Assembly (NCBI RefSeq): GCF_964204645.1
Contig: NC_134033.1
Coordinates: 2,252,131-2,316,130 of the forward strand
Length of the DNA: 64,000 nt
Reading direction: 5' to 3'
Source of the DNA: Tubulanus polymorphus
Lineage: Eukaryota > Animalia > Nemertea
Part shown: positions 25,701 to 39,519 of the stretch, one piece after another
How positions within the stretch are numbered: position 1 is the first letter of the stretch
How the letters are laid out: each line of letters opens with the position of its first letter
Program-made: the position numbers and the translations under genes
Notes under the pieces: model-generated
What the model was told of the DNA's origin: nothing
The model's input: the letters and a program-made list of their open reading frames with translations, nothing else
Database searches by the model: none

Positions 25701-26391
25701 AAATTGAATTGAATTGTAAAACGTTCGATTCGAAGTGAATCAGTTCGAGGATCAATCCTACTAAACATTGGTCAAATCCAGCTTACAAATAGTTAGGTGT
25801 AGCCCATGCGAGCACTTTGACCACAATCTAAAGCTTAGCGGATACTGACGTATTCAGCATTTCTACATGAAATTGAACGTCCTTGAGATCACTCGCTGGT
25901 CTAACACGCTTTGAATCGTCCAGTAGAATTTAAAGTATTTGTTTTTTTTTTAATGTTGGCCTTTCGCAATTGCTCTGATTGCTACCGTGCCGATTAAACC
26001 AACCCAAATCGCGACCGGAAGACTCAAACTCTTCCGGAATAAACTAAGGAGCTCCACGAGTCACATGAATCATGGCGAGTAGACATTTTTTGGAGTCAAA
26101 ATGTCTTATCACCATGATATAATCTCAGTAAACTGCAGAGCTGTAGGATAGTCAATCCAAACTTATGTTTCAAAAATGAGCGCAAATTATCGCAACAATG
26201 GGGATCTCGAGGGACCGCCACAAAATGGCGCCTAGAAACTGGAAAATTATCTATTGTGAATCATTGTATTCGTTCATCTAATGCGGTCACGTGAGTCCAA
26301 ACGATGTCGAACCCAAGTTTTAGGATTTCAAAGTTCAAAACCGATTTATAGATAGGCAAACATTATAAGGGGACTCGTGTCAAACTGTAGT

Positions 26392-29300
26392 TTATTTACT
26401 GGATGTCGTCAATCCTAGTCGTCGTTTATTGCGTTCACGAATAGATTTCATATCGATTGTAAGTATTGTATAAAGAAGCGGATTCAGAGACGAGTTGATC
26501 GGTAAAAATAGAACGGCCAGCCAAGCGGCCACCTGGTTCGGTATCTCGACCGAAAATACGGCGCAAAACTGAACGATTATTATCGGTAGCCAGCAAAATA
26601 GATTACAAAGATTGATTACTAAACTCCTTCGAGCTAAAACCAGTTCGGTAGGATCGGCTCTTCCCGAGCCCGACCTACTTCCAGATACGAGTTTATACAT
26701 CTGAGCGTACGTCGTCATTATCGTAGCCAATATGGCCGCATTAAACAAGGCAAAAATAGCAAATGAATAGTGCCAGCCATTGACGTCGATCGTCAGTAAA
26801 TTCATAGGCAAACAAACTCCGGTTGTACCGTAAAAATTGTGTCCGAAGTAAGACGACGATGACAGCGGTAGAATAGAAACTGTGCTCATAACGAGCCAAC
26901 AAATGCAGCAAATCCCGATAACGTATTTAGGAGTTATGATCGGACTTCTAGAAAAAGGGTTGACGATATTTGAATATCTCTGACGCGTTAGAATTAAGAG
27001 AAAAGTCAGGGAACCTTCGCACGAAACGGTGACAATAACCCCTGAGAGACGGCATAATGAGCTATCCGTCCAGGTTTCAGAATTCAGATAATAAACGCCT
27101 TCGAACACGTAGTCAGCTCCTGCGATCAAAAACAAATAGACCGACATCAGAAAATCACAACCGGCAATATTTATGATGAGGATATCTGAAGATGTGTTAC
27201 GTGTTCCGGTGGATTCCATCCGCAAAGCTTGAACGCGAAATAAGATAACGATACTGTTAGCGAGAAAACTGAAAGATGCGATCATCCAGATGATGGCTCT
27301 CAGTACAGCGTTACCCATCAGGTCAGAACAGGTGGAAAATTGATCAGCTTCGGGAAGACATCGGTCAACATTCGGTGCCATGCAGCAAAATTTGTAAGCA
27401 TCCGAAGCGAGGTATTTCAATGATGTAAGATCGCCAAGAACGTTTCCTTTTACAAATATCACTTCGGCATTTTTGACAAGGTCTAGAATTTCTAGTTTAG
27501 CCAGTCCAGAAAAAGCATAACTGGAAATATAATGTATTCTATTACTGCTGATATTTAACGACTGTAATGCGGATAAACCTTTAAATACATTTTCACCGAG
27601 AACCGATATAGAAAGTCCGTGAAGATCGAGAGTAGTAAGTGACATCAGACCTCGAAAACTACCGTCTTCTAAATGTTGCAGCGGATTTCCGATAAGAAAT
27701 AGTTGTTTTAAACCGATCAAACCTGCGAATGTATTAGCAGATAATGATGTTATGCGGTTGTGTGTAAGGTCTAATGTGTATAGATTGTTGAGATTAGAAA
27801 ACGCGTTTGGAACGATGTAAGACAAATTATTGCCCGAAATATCGAGAAAACGAAGATAAATGAAAGAGTTGAACGTCGACTCGTTAAATACGGCTCGGTT
27901 ATTCGACAAAATTAAAACCCGAGTTGATTCTATAAAACGACCAGTAATATCTGATAAAAGAGCATTTTCACAATCGATGAAATGACCCCGGCAATTACAA
28001 CGTTCAGGACACGTGACCTTACAGTATGACTCGTCATCCGAGTTATGTTTACAATTTACGACACCGTCGCAAACTTCAGATTGCGGAATACATCGTTTTT
28101 CCTGGCCGCATTTAAACATTCCCGGACACGACCAAGTCTCGCAGTTTCGTTCATCTTCTGAATTAGGACAATCGGATCGACCGTCACAAACGTGTCTGAT
28201 CGGTATACAGTAAGATGCCGGACATTTTATAGTACCAGCCGCGCATTCGAAGTCATTACACGCGAGTATATGTTCAAGATTTCTACATACCGGGAAACCA
28301 ATCGGTAACCTTTCTAAAATACACCTTTCGTGTCGGGAATAACAGCGAGGAGAATTAAACGAACATCTTTGTTCATCCGATTCCTTACACAGATCTGTGA
28401 AACGAGTCGAACATTGATTGTCATCATTACAGTAAACCTCGGGATTCACTGTCATATTAGTAACCAATTCGTCTTCTTCGAGACTTCCGCTACAATCCAC
28501 GACACCATCCCGATACAACTGAAAACTAATACATTCACCGTCCGCGCACGAGAACCCCTGACAAAGTTCGGGAGTGCATCCAACCTCATCGGAACCGTCT
28601 TTACAGTTGGCTAGTCCGTCACATCGTTTATAACTATCGATGCATTGGTGATTGGAACAGCGATATTGCGTAGATAAACACGGTGGATGATAGCACGAGT
28701 TCTCATCCGAGCCATCGACGCAATCTCTCATAAAGTCGCAGAAACCGCTAATCGATATAACCTGTCCATCGTTACAGCGGAACTGACTGTGTAAATTGAT
28801 ATCCCTACAATCGAGTTCATCTTCACCGCGTTGACAGTCGTGTCTGGTATCGCATACGCGATGGTCGCTGATACATCTTTGATCGTTACATTCAAACTGC
28901 CACGATTTACAGCCGCTTATAGAAGCTAACTCTTCACCAGTTACATTAAAGGTACACAACACGGAATGTACTTTATGTTTTGTATCATCGAAAGGTTTCA
29001 ATAACCATTTCACTGATTGAATATAAGTAATTTCATTTCTGGTCACCAATGGTTTGATAACTTTAAATCCGTCGCGGTCCATTGTCAGTATAGCGCCATA
29101 TTGATGACGATATTGAAATTCACTGACCAAATTATTCATATCGCTTTCTGTATTTGAAGTCATTCTTACTATTTCGGCGCGGATGCTGTGACACATTTCT
29201 CTAGCACTCCGAATATTCAAACCTCGATTGTTTTTCCAGTCGGTTAGTATTTGATAACATCGTCCGGAAATAGTTACCCAACCTCTTGGACAGATTGAAT

Positions 29301-32300
29301 TAATCAAAGTAACATCGGGAATCATTTGATCTATTGTTTTATTTAAGTCTGTATTTGTTGAATTGTTCGCATCGTTTATCGTTGAATTGTGTTTGTTTTT
29401 GATGTTGATTCTCTCGGATTCACAAATGAATGTCGTGTGCGTCTCCTCGATTTGACACGGGAATCGAACCCAGTTCGCCGATCCTCGTGGATTATTCAGT
29501 ATCATCACCGTACACGGCATATTGACGTCATTTATCGGTTGTTTTCTTAGCGGAGATATCAATCCTCGAATAACTTCTGGTATCGTTTCATTAATAACAG
29601 GTTTATACCACTCTGTGTAGCTCAATGGTTTACCGTCAGTCCACGTGTAATAACCATCATTCTGTTTCGTGAATAAAATGAAATATATCACTTCTTTAAA
29701 AATCTTTCGATTTTAATTCATATTAGAATGCATTAGTCTTACCTTCCATTTTAATCCAATCATCATTATGAGCGCTTTTAATGTATAAGCCATTCGGAGA
29801 AGTTCTGTAGCGAATAATCTTTTGATCGAAATCATTTCCTGTTCTGAGTTGATACTGAGTAGATGTCCCGCGTACTTCTGTCTACAGTATATTTCAGCGT
29901 TCTCCCAATTCAGACGTTCATCTCTGATGAATCTGATGCAGGAAATTCCGGAATCCAGAAATCCTTGTTTACAGTAAAAATCATCGAAATGTTTAATCGG
30001 TAACGACTCGTGTAAAGTGTATTGTATTTGAAATGTCGGAATGAAATTGTTTACTTCAAAACGCAAAGTATTATCTGTTAAACTATAAAATATAAGTCCA
30101 CGAACCGCGTTGTTATCACATATTTTAGTATCATATTGAGAGTCAATAGTTTTGAAATATTCACCATTATGAAAAGGTTTATAATTCATTAGTTGTATTA
30201 GAATAATCGGATCATTCGCTTTATTGTTGTATTTTTCACATGAAACTGGTCCAATAAATTTGACAATAAATCTGTAATATTGAAATATATTTTGTTGTAT
30301 CGGGTTTTCAAATCTATATGAAATAGATTTTGATGTACGTCCTGCCCGACCTGGATAGTTCGGTGACTGCACGAGTCCACATTTATCTTTAGTAGTAACT
30401 GGGAGACGGGAACCGGCAAGTCCCAAACTATCCGCTTTTTTAACTCCTAGACATTTACGACGTAGTTTAACTATTAGTGGTCGCCGCCAGAATCCAAACC
30501 CATTATCTGTGAAATCTACAGTGTTTAATACGAGACTGTTATTAAGAAACTGATTACTCAAACTCAAAAACTGATCACATGGCAATGACATCTTGAGAAA
30601 ACATCGGTCAATTTGATATTCGTGTTCTGATAATGTGTGAATTTTTTTCAAGCGAAAGCGTCGATTTTCAGGTGTAATCACGAGACAGTGTGACGTCATA
30701 TTGATCTGACGTTGTTCTTCCTGTAGAACATACCTGTCACAATCAGTAGGAACAAATTGAAGAGATGATCTGAACGGATCACCAACTGATAACTGATTGT
30801 TATAGTAATAAGCGTATGCTACTACAGTAACCGGTCCACCTGATGTAATCAGGCTGACGACAGATCGACCGTAGTATGAACCAGGACAATACGGACCATA
30901 GCGTCTAGCTGTGAAATTACTACCATCAAATATATAAAAACCAGCTCGATCACAGGTTTCTGATAGCACTGTTAGTTTCAACTGTTCTTCATAGATGTTC
31001 ACTTTCCAGTTTAGTTGTAATGTAGTTACACGATACAATGTATTCTTTGATCTCGGGAACAATCGATAAGCTGATATTGAGTTTCTGTATGAATGCTGAA
31101 ATATAAGAGAATTGATTACAGCATTGAACGTTTACAATACGACAATTTCAAACCACTCACAACCTGAAAATATCGATAATAGTTCTCCTTGTAATCCAAA
31201 CTAATCTAAATTCTTCCACTAATCATCATAATTACTTTGCGTAAACAACATGTGCTTTGGGTTACACATACCCGCTGTTATTCCAAGTTTCTCGGTAAAG
31301 GTTCACTGGTCAAAATCGCCATCAAAATCATAGATTATTACAATGATTCCATTACACGAACCTAATTTACAAATCATTGTAATAAACTTACCGATATCTG
31401 CGGCTTGTTGACGTAGACGTCTGATATTGTTATTGATTTCACTTCAAATTCTATTTTCAAATTCGATCTTACAAAATCCGATGTCGTTAAAACGCACAGA
31501 ATCACGAGAAATCCGTCTGATTTTACACTCAGAGATTTAAGATGGTTAAAACTGAGTAAAATATCAGTTCTCACAATACGTAACCCTTCCTGTTTATATA
31601 CACCAACGACACCTGGTGACGAGACGAGATCACGTGTCCAGTTGAAGACGACGTACTGCAGAACATCGACTGTCATAGACCAGCAGTATAAGTGTTTAGA
31701 CTGAGTTACTATATGTGGTATTCCATCAATTGTAGTGAGCAATCCTGATTTATTATAGAATTGAATTAACGGGTTAGAGATGTTCCAATCTGATATTTTG
31801 TAATCTTGCACGAGTAGCCGCGACTTAAACGACACAGTTGGAATGACACTTTTAAATTCTACACACGCTTTATTAGTTTTAGTATAAAACGATGAAGGCG
31901 GATGTCCGGTTTGTTCTCGTATAAGAGCTATAGGTTCACTGGTGCTGTTCCATCCGTCGTAAATTTCAGGACGAGTTTTTATTGGATCCTCACCTGGTTT
32001 CAACCTGAAATCTATCTGTAAAAACGTTAAATTCATTCGTCTGGCATCCCGATCCATTCTAACAACAATTTACATCGCCAGGCAGAAATCATGAATCCAT
32101 AACCTGTTTGAGTTGGTAATTCTTTTACTGCATGTTTGTAACATGTATGTACGATTTTCAAGCGACTCTGTTCCTCAAAACGATATATGATGTAAACCCG
32201 ACTACCTCGCGCTCCATCGACGTTACTCCTAAACAACAACGAAATCAAACCGTTACTGCGGATATCTAATTGTTTTCTTCCGGTAGCGCAGAGTTTGTTG

Positions 32301-32617
32301 TCGGACTCGCCGACGAGAAGGTAGTTTTCGTTACAGAATATCGACGGCTCGATGTCGTAGTAAACTTGAACGAGAAAACTTCCCGGTAAAGAGCTGTTGA
32401 CGAACCAACGACATTCAACACCGCGCACTAACGACGGATAGTTCGGTGAAACGATGTAACCAGACGTAGAATCGACGGAGTATTGAGTGTTGTTACAAGA
32501 TGAACTGACTGTAACAGACGCGGCTTCCTCGACAGAGTTTGCGCGATCAGCCCGCGTAAATATACAGTCTCCGCAAGCGATCAGTAAAACTACGAACAAC
32601 GCTTTCATTCGCTGCAT
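26392..32617 (-). pseudogene. GRL101-like CUB/CTL/LDLa/LRR GPCR, copy B, frameshifted in exon 1 and otherwise intact
   Basis: Exons 32617-31392, 31095-29743 and 29661-26392 mirror copy A. GAC-GGGTTTGC-AATG in A is GAC-G-AATG in B (7-nt loss at 32037/32038), giving TGA at 32035-32033; all downstream frames and splice sites are open. Confidence 0.8.
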
Positions 32618-33172
32618 ATTGAACACAATTCACGCTTCAAAACAAACACATTTCTAACTAGTTCCAGGTTTGCGCGACATTTCTCATAAGAGTCGCTGTT
32701 AAGTAATGACAAGTTGTCAGAATGTCAGAAGTTGACGAATTGATCGAGTCCAATTATTTTGTAAAAAGATCTCCCATCAAACTGGCGCCAGTCTCGTATT
32801 TCTGTTACTTTCACCTGCGCTCGGTTTCGCAGTAATTACCGCGGTTTCTAAATTTAGACGTGTTTCAATATATCTTGTTTATAATCATGTGCAATTATTT
32901 CTCTAAAAATATTTACTGTCGTTCCCGAACTGCGTTCAGTTTGTGATAATATTCTATGACATTTTCTATCTTTACCTCAAAATATTCTGCGTCTCTGTAA
33001 AACACTTCGTCAATATCTGTTCTGATAATTCACACTCTACAGTCAATATAATAACTGAGTTGAAGCTAAGCGAAGCGCGTGGATATCTGATTGTGGTGAG
33101 TAAGGTCTTGTTCGGTACAGATTGTTTTGAAGAAACAACAGCAACCAAGTAAGACGGGCATGACAGCGGTAG

Positions 33173-33684
33173 ATCCGGAATCTACACCTCGGAATACATC
33201 TTCCTACCAAGTTTAGAAGGAATCAGAGAAAAAAAATTTTTCGCCGAAAAAAAACTCCTGGACTTACACCTTAGATTTTTGCCGTTTTTGGCCAAAAAAT
33301 CGAATTTCTTCGATTTGCTTAAAATTTTAGTCCTAAGTATTTTCGGGGGTGCTGATTCCAAATCTGCAATCCCAAAAACCCTGGGGTCTAGGGCCTTTTT
33401 AAAATTTAAGGGGTACCCCTAAGAATTCGAATTTCTCATTTTTGAGGCCTCGGATCCTAAGAATTCTTTCAGATTTGTGATCAGCACCCCAGAATACATG
33501 TCTATACTAAATTTCTCCGAAATTGGAGACAAAAAATATTTGACCCCTAACCCTCATTTTGGGGGGTACCTTAGATTGCCATTTCTATGATACACCAGTT
33601 ACTAGACTTAACTCTAACATAACTCAAATTTATTAAGTTTCATGTATATTTTTAGGATGTTTGTCATCAATATGGCGGAACTAT
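33173..33684. repeat. ~510-bp dispersed repeat; direct copy at 37110-37650
   Basis: Both run from ATCCGGAATCTACAC to GTCATCAATATGG.GGAACTAT; probable transposon fragment, no TG..CA LTR ends. Confidence 0.85.
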
Positions 33685-36279
33685 TGACGGTTGTTATGGT
33701 GGTGACGATTCCCCCTTTACCTACAATCAGTAGAGAATTGATTTGAACATTATACAGACATTGATGCAGTGGAGCAGATGGACCAAGATGAACCAGGACG
33801 AACCCCAATAAACCAGGATGAACCAGGACGAACCCAGATAAACCAAGATGAACCAAGTAGAGTTGTGACTTGGAAGAAATGTTAGAAATTGATGTCTCAT
33901 TTTAATAGTTATCAATAGGTACGTAGGCAATCGAGGCTGGAGACATGCTAGACATTTTAGACATTTCCGAGTTAGATTGCTAGGTTTTAATTCTCGACCA
34001 CAGAACTTGAATCATCAGTCAATGGGATATCACTGGTATCACATTGATTCAAGTTAGGAACAGACTCTACTGTACTGTAATAACATAGCGCACCAGAAAC
34101 AACATGTGTGATACTGATGCATCATAAATCTGATATCTGATATTGTAAATATGATTTCAGGTTTCGATTCCTGGGTTAGTTCAGTCAGTTCATTGCGGAG
34201 TTGATCACATGTTCGCTTTATGCAAGACTTTTATTTGATATTTAACTCTGATGCACATTTTTCGCTGAAATAAATAAATTTCACAATAAATTGATTATTC
34301 ACTAATTTTGTGGTGGTTGTAACTGATTTTCTGTTCTAGTTTAAGTGGAATCTCGTTGATATGAATCTTGTGGGATGCAATTGTTGAATCAAACTGGTTT
34401 CGTCTTTACACAGATTTGTCGTATTAACGATGTTCAACTGAAGTTTTTCCAGTTGTTTGCACCAATTTGTGGTTGGGAGAGTTTGATTTTAACCCTGACC
34501 AAGAAGGGTCGACCTTAATAGGAGGTTTAATGGTTCACGTGCTGCAACTTTGATGATAGCGTTGGATGAATGCACTTTTTTGGAGAATAAAATTTAATTT
34601 GCTTTAGATTCTGTCTGTGGCATGTGAGTCTACCTCTTTACCGCTTTATGCAATTAGATTCCGTTGACAGAAGAGTTCTATCAAAAATGGCTTGAAAATC
34701 GTTTTAAAAAGAAGATCCCCTTTCCAAAAGCTTAAAAATTAATTGAATTATTCATAGAAAACGGAATCGTGGTGAATAATGAACGAAATTCGGCTAAAAA
34801 ATATCTGTATTACTTGCATGCCACAGTAAGATTGCGAGGCTGGGTTAGATATCAACCGTACAGTGCTGCCCCTATGAATAACGACAGCGGAATTTCTGTG
34901 AACTAAAATAGCGCCGCCGGAATATGAATTTCCCAAATTACGTACAATACGGACCAGTGTGGCGCCTAATTCTGATTAAATATGATACTATGAATACTTT
35001 ATAACTTTTTAATGAAATTTTCTTATTTTTTAGGGAACGATATTCAATTTTGATAGCTAAAATTCACTTTCTTATCAATTAATTAGTATTTATATTCAGA
35101 ATAAGTTATTCAGTTATATTTTTGAATGATAATTTATCATCTGAATTGACAAAATTTCCATATTTTTTCTTCGATATATTTTAATTGCGCGCAAATAATC
35201 AGGGAACATTCAAACACCTGTCGCTCTCTGCCAGACGATACTAAAAATATCCCGATTCAAATTTACTCTTTTAAGGTTAATTCTCTTATAGAATAATTGT
35301 TTGGTTCAAACGTTTTAGAGCAGTTGTAAGATTTGGAGAATTCCCTCGGAATCCGGCCCGCAAATCGGTAATTAGTTCGTCCACTACGGCCGTCCGAAGA
35401 CTCTGGCAAGCGAGTATTAAGTTAGTTCACGTTTTCCCCGCTATCGTTATATGTAGGGGCAGCACTAGACGGTCGATATGGAAATCGTGCACTGTGGAGC
35501 GCGCTCAATTCAATCTCTAATTCTTTATTTACAATGAAACTAAGTCTCTCAATTGATAAAGACTTTAAAGCCACAATGATTCCCAACGTACGAACTTTGA
35601 TATTGGTTTAAAAGATAAGAATTCATGAGATATCGTGCCCTCACAGACACAGGGACTTTACAGACACGTCCATCCACCACACAGGGACCTGGAGTCAAGT
35701 GTTTAACGCCAACGGTAACCTTGCTGTGGCCGTGGTCACTTTCACTTGGCCGCTTAAAGTAAGACATACGTAAGAATAAGAATTCACAAGATTTCATGTC
35801 CTCAGGGACACACAGGGGGACCTCACAAACACAGGGACCTCGGCACTCAGTGTCAATAACCACTTTCACTAGCCAGGCGGCGCCGCATGCACGACATGGT
35901 GCAGGTGATAGTTTCACAAATCTTGATGAGCTGTTGTTACTATTCCTGTTAATTCCTCCTCTTTTCCACATGTTCAGCAGGTTACCATCACCAGCTGAAT
36001 CGACCAGTTTCACCATCTTACTCCCACAGTGGCCGAGTATATCAGTTATGTAAAAACAATCTGTTAATCCAGTAAAGTTGTGAAAACTTTTGCATAAGCC
36101 TTTACTAGTATGTCTGAGAGTTTGAGTTTGAGTTTGTTAATGTGTTTCTCTAGACACTGTTTCAATTTCATATTTCAGGTTTTCCTCTCTGGACTGTCGT
36201 TGCTAAACTTCATCACAAATACTGGATGTGGACTTCGTCTGAAATTCTTCAGTTTTACTTCTTCAGTCAACTTCTTCCG

Positions 36280-36503
36280 GACTAGTGAACTTACCGGACT
36301 ACTAGTGAACTAACCGGACTATATGTGAACTTACCGGACTACATGTGAACTATATGTGCACTAACCGGACTACTAGTGAACTAACTGGACTACATGTGAA
36401 CTTACCGAACTACATGTGAACTATATGTGCACTAACCGGACTACTAGTGAACTAACTGGACTACATGTGAACTTACCGAACTACATGTGAACTAACTGGA
36501 CTA
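36280..36503. repeat. ~19-bp minisatellite
   Basis: GGACTAC(TA/AT)GTGAACT(T/A)ACC repeated about 10 times. Confidence 0.85.
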
Positions 36504-37109
36504 AAAGTGGATTGATACTCGTAAAAAATAATCAGTGGTTGACTCCTGAAGGTGTGGAACTCTGTATGTGGAATTGTGGAACTCAGTGGACTATTATTAC
36601 TGCTAGACAAGGGAGGAGAGACTTGTGTGAGTAGAATTTCTTTTATGTTTCAAAAACAATTATGAGAGAGCAGTTTATCTGTAAACATAGTGTTTACTGA
36701 GTGTCATAAGAATTGTCAATGGAGTTATTTATTTATAGCAGCCTGTAATTGTGTGACAGGAATTATAATTCAGGGTTTTAGTAAGAGTATCAATTTCTGC
36801 CTTAAAAATTAATTGAATACTTGGCTCAATAGATAAAATTGTATTTTTGGACCAAATTTCATCAAAATTTGTGACGAAAATAAGGGTCAAAACACAAAAT
36901 CCTGAATATCTCATTTTAGAGGCCTCAGATCCAAAAACTAACTTCATATTCGTGATCAGCACCCCAAAAAACATGTATGTACCAAATTTTATTAAAATTG
37001 GGCCAAAAAAAAATTTTGACTTTGTACCCCATTTTTGGGGTGCATATTTTGGGCATTAAAACCCTTATTTGCCAATGAAGATGAATTCCGATTCAAAATC
37101 TGATTGCAT

Positions 37110-37650
37110 ATCCGGAATCTACACCACAGAATACATCTTCCTACCAAGTTTCGAAGGAATCAGAGAAAAAAAATTTTTCGCCGAAAAAAAACTCCTGGAC
37201 TTACACCTTAGATTTTTGCCGTTTTTGGCCAAAAAATCGAATCTCTTCGATTTGCTTAAAATTTTAGTCCTTACTATTTTCAGGGGCGCTGATTCCAAAT
37301 CTGCAATCAGATTTTGAATATCTCGAAAATTCTGGGGTCCAAGGCCTTTTGAAAATTTAGGGGTCCTCCAAAAAATTCGAATTTCTCATTTTTGGGGCCT
37401 CGGATCCGAAATATTCTTTCAGATTGGTGATCAGCACGCCAGAATACATGTATGTACTGAATTCTATCGAAATCGGAGACAAAAAATATTTGACCCCTGA
37501 CCCTTATTTTGGGGGTACCTTAGATTGCCATTTCTCTGATACACCGGTAACTAGACTTAACTCTAACTCTGTATGTTTGATTGATGGCCTTAAATCTATT
37601 AAGTTTCATGTATATTTTTAGGATGTTTGTCATCAATATGGTGGAACTAT
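37110..37650. repeat. Second copy of the ~510-540-bp direct repeat
   Basis: Colinear with 33173-33684; a related sub-repeat is also present at ~36900-37040. Confidence 0.85.
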
Positions 37651-37879
37651 GATCAGGACTACATCAGATGGTGTGGGCAGTGTTCGAACTCAGCGACAGG
37701 ATAAACAAACAAACGAACTCATATTGGGAGAACTTGACTTCAGTTATAGTGAACTTTATGTCCACGAGGACAAAATAATAACATTACTGCTGATGGGATT
37801 ATCTGTTTGAACTAGAAACTGTAAACGGCATTCTAGATAGAAAACAAGAGGAACATAAGTTCAGGTGATATGCCATCCT

Positions 37880-38210
37880 ATCCTCTCTATCTCTTTCTAT
37901 CCTCTCTCATTCTCACTCTCTCCTCACTCTGTTTCACTCTCATCTCTCCTCACTCTGTTTCACTCTCATCTCTCCTCACTCTGTCTCATTCTCACTCTCT
38001 CCTCACTCTGTCTCACTCTCTCCTCACTCTGTCTCACTCTCTCCTCACTCTGTTTCACTCTCATCTCTCCTCACTCTGTCTCATTCTCATCTCTCCTCAC
38101 TCTGTCTCATTCTCACTCTCTCCTCACTCTGTTTCACTCTCATCTCTCCTCACTCTGTCTCTTCTCACTCTCTCCTCCTCTCTCTCTGCCCACTCTTGTC
38201 TCATTCTCTA
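37880..38210. repeat. TC-rich low-complexity tandem repeat
   Basis: TCTCCTCACTCTGT(T/C)TCA units. Confidence 0.9.
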
Positions 38211-38332
38211 TTACCATCTACCGGGTTGAAATGGGAACTAGTTCCTGTCTCGCCCGGTAGATGGCATTATTTTTTTGATAAAATTTGCTTAAGCAATGGA
38301 TAAATATGAGTTCCTCTGTGTGCTGCCAGCAC

Positions 38333-38395
38333 GTCCCTATAGCGTAGTGGTAGGGTGCTGGACTTTTAGTCGAATGGTTGGTGGTTCAAATCCCA
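38333..38395 (+). pseudogene. Truncated tRNA-like sequence (tRNA pseudogene or SINE head; Lys-TTT-like loop)
   Basis: A box TAGCGTAGTGG, GACTTTTAGTC arm, B box GGTTCAAATCC; no 3' acceptor strand. Confidence 0.55.
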
Positions 38396-38707
38396 TTTTA
38401 GTTGATATTAAATATTGATGTTTCAATAAAATGTTGAATTTTACTTTTGCAAACAAGCTGTAAGAAATTCCTACTTTGAATTTGGAATAAATTCTTTGAT
38501 TTGTACTTTGCGTTTGTCCTTTCCGTGATTGTGTGAGAAGTTGTAAGCGGAAGAGTTCTTTCCGGAGCAGTGTCGAGTATGAAGTTGTGAGGGGAAGAGT
38601 CCTTTCCGGAGCCCGAGACAGAGATTTTTAGTAAGACGAGCATTTTATGTATATGGACGTTTATTTATTTACGTTACTTTATAACATGCGGCAAAACGAA
38701 ATAATGA

Positions 38708-39110
38708 CGGAGTAGAGTCTGCGTCTCGAGGTTTGGAGATGGTGCCTTGGTCTGAGTAGAGTCTGCGTCTCGAGGTTTGGAGATGGTTCTGTAGTCGGAG
38801 TAGAGTCTGCGTCTCGAGGTTTGGAGATGGTGCTTTAGTCCCGAGGTTTGGAGATGGTGCTTTAGTCGGAGTAGAGTCTGCGTCTCGAGGTTTGGAGATG
38901 GTGCTTTAGTCGTAGAGTCTGCGTCTCGAGGTTTGGAGATGGTGCTTTAGTCGGAGTAGAGTCTGCGTCTCGAGGTTTGGAGATGGTGCCTTAGTCGGAG
39001 TAGAGTCTGCGTCTCGAGGTTTGGAGATGGAGTGGAGTCTGCATCTCGAGGTTTGGAGATTGTGCTTTAGTCGGAGTTGAGTCTGCGTCTCGAGGTTTGA
39101 AGATGTTGCT
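38708..39110. repeat. 44-bp minisatellite
   Basis: CGGAGTAGAGTCTGCGTCTCGAGGTTTGGAGATGGTGCTTTAGT repeated about 9 times. Confidence 0.92.
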
Positions 39111-39488
39111 GTAACTCAAATATAGCCGGCTGAAAAACAAATCGGATAATCGTCAAGCTATTGAAGAAGATTGAATATGCAAAATGTAAGGATGGGTGTA
39201 GTTTAATATAATTACCTTATCTTAAAATGTAAAGATACCGAAACAGCAAATGTGGGTTGATACGGTTCCCAATGCAGCAGCAGCAGCAGACTAGTTAGGA
39301 CGTTGCGACAAACGAGTTGTGTACATGTAGTTGTCAGTAGTAGCGAACTGGTTTCGGTTTAACCCTAAAAAGACACAATATTCATAATGTATGAATGTGC
39401 GCGAAATAGAACATCGGAAATCACCGACAACAGCAACTTGTCTTCATCAGCAAATTAGCCGTCATCTGTTTGTAGTTGAAATCAGACA

Positions 39489-39519
39489 TCAACAGCAGCA
39501 GCAGCAGCAGCAGCAGCAG
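39489..39519. repeat. (CAG)n microsatellite
   Basis: Run of CAG triplets. Confidence 0.85.

Larger units (their letters stand above)
14089..33171. repeat. Tandem segmental duplication, units ~14089-22651 and ~24778-33171
   Basis: Colinear high identity of coding and flanking non-coding DNA (e.g. 14386-14574 vs 25042-25230; 22427 vs 32943), with a ~2.1 kb unique spacer. Confidence 0.95.

Noticed and set aside
35549-36053. 155-aa Cys-containing minus-strand ORF
   Set aside because: No recognisable domain or splice context; may be a decayed element, needs a database search
33173-37650. LTR retrotransposon
   Set aside because: The direct repeats lack TG..CA ends, PBS/PPT and gag-pol remnants
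38333-38395. Functional tRNA-Lys
   Set aside because: Acceptor stem 3' strand is missing and the arms are imperfect
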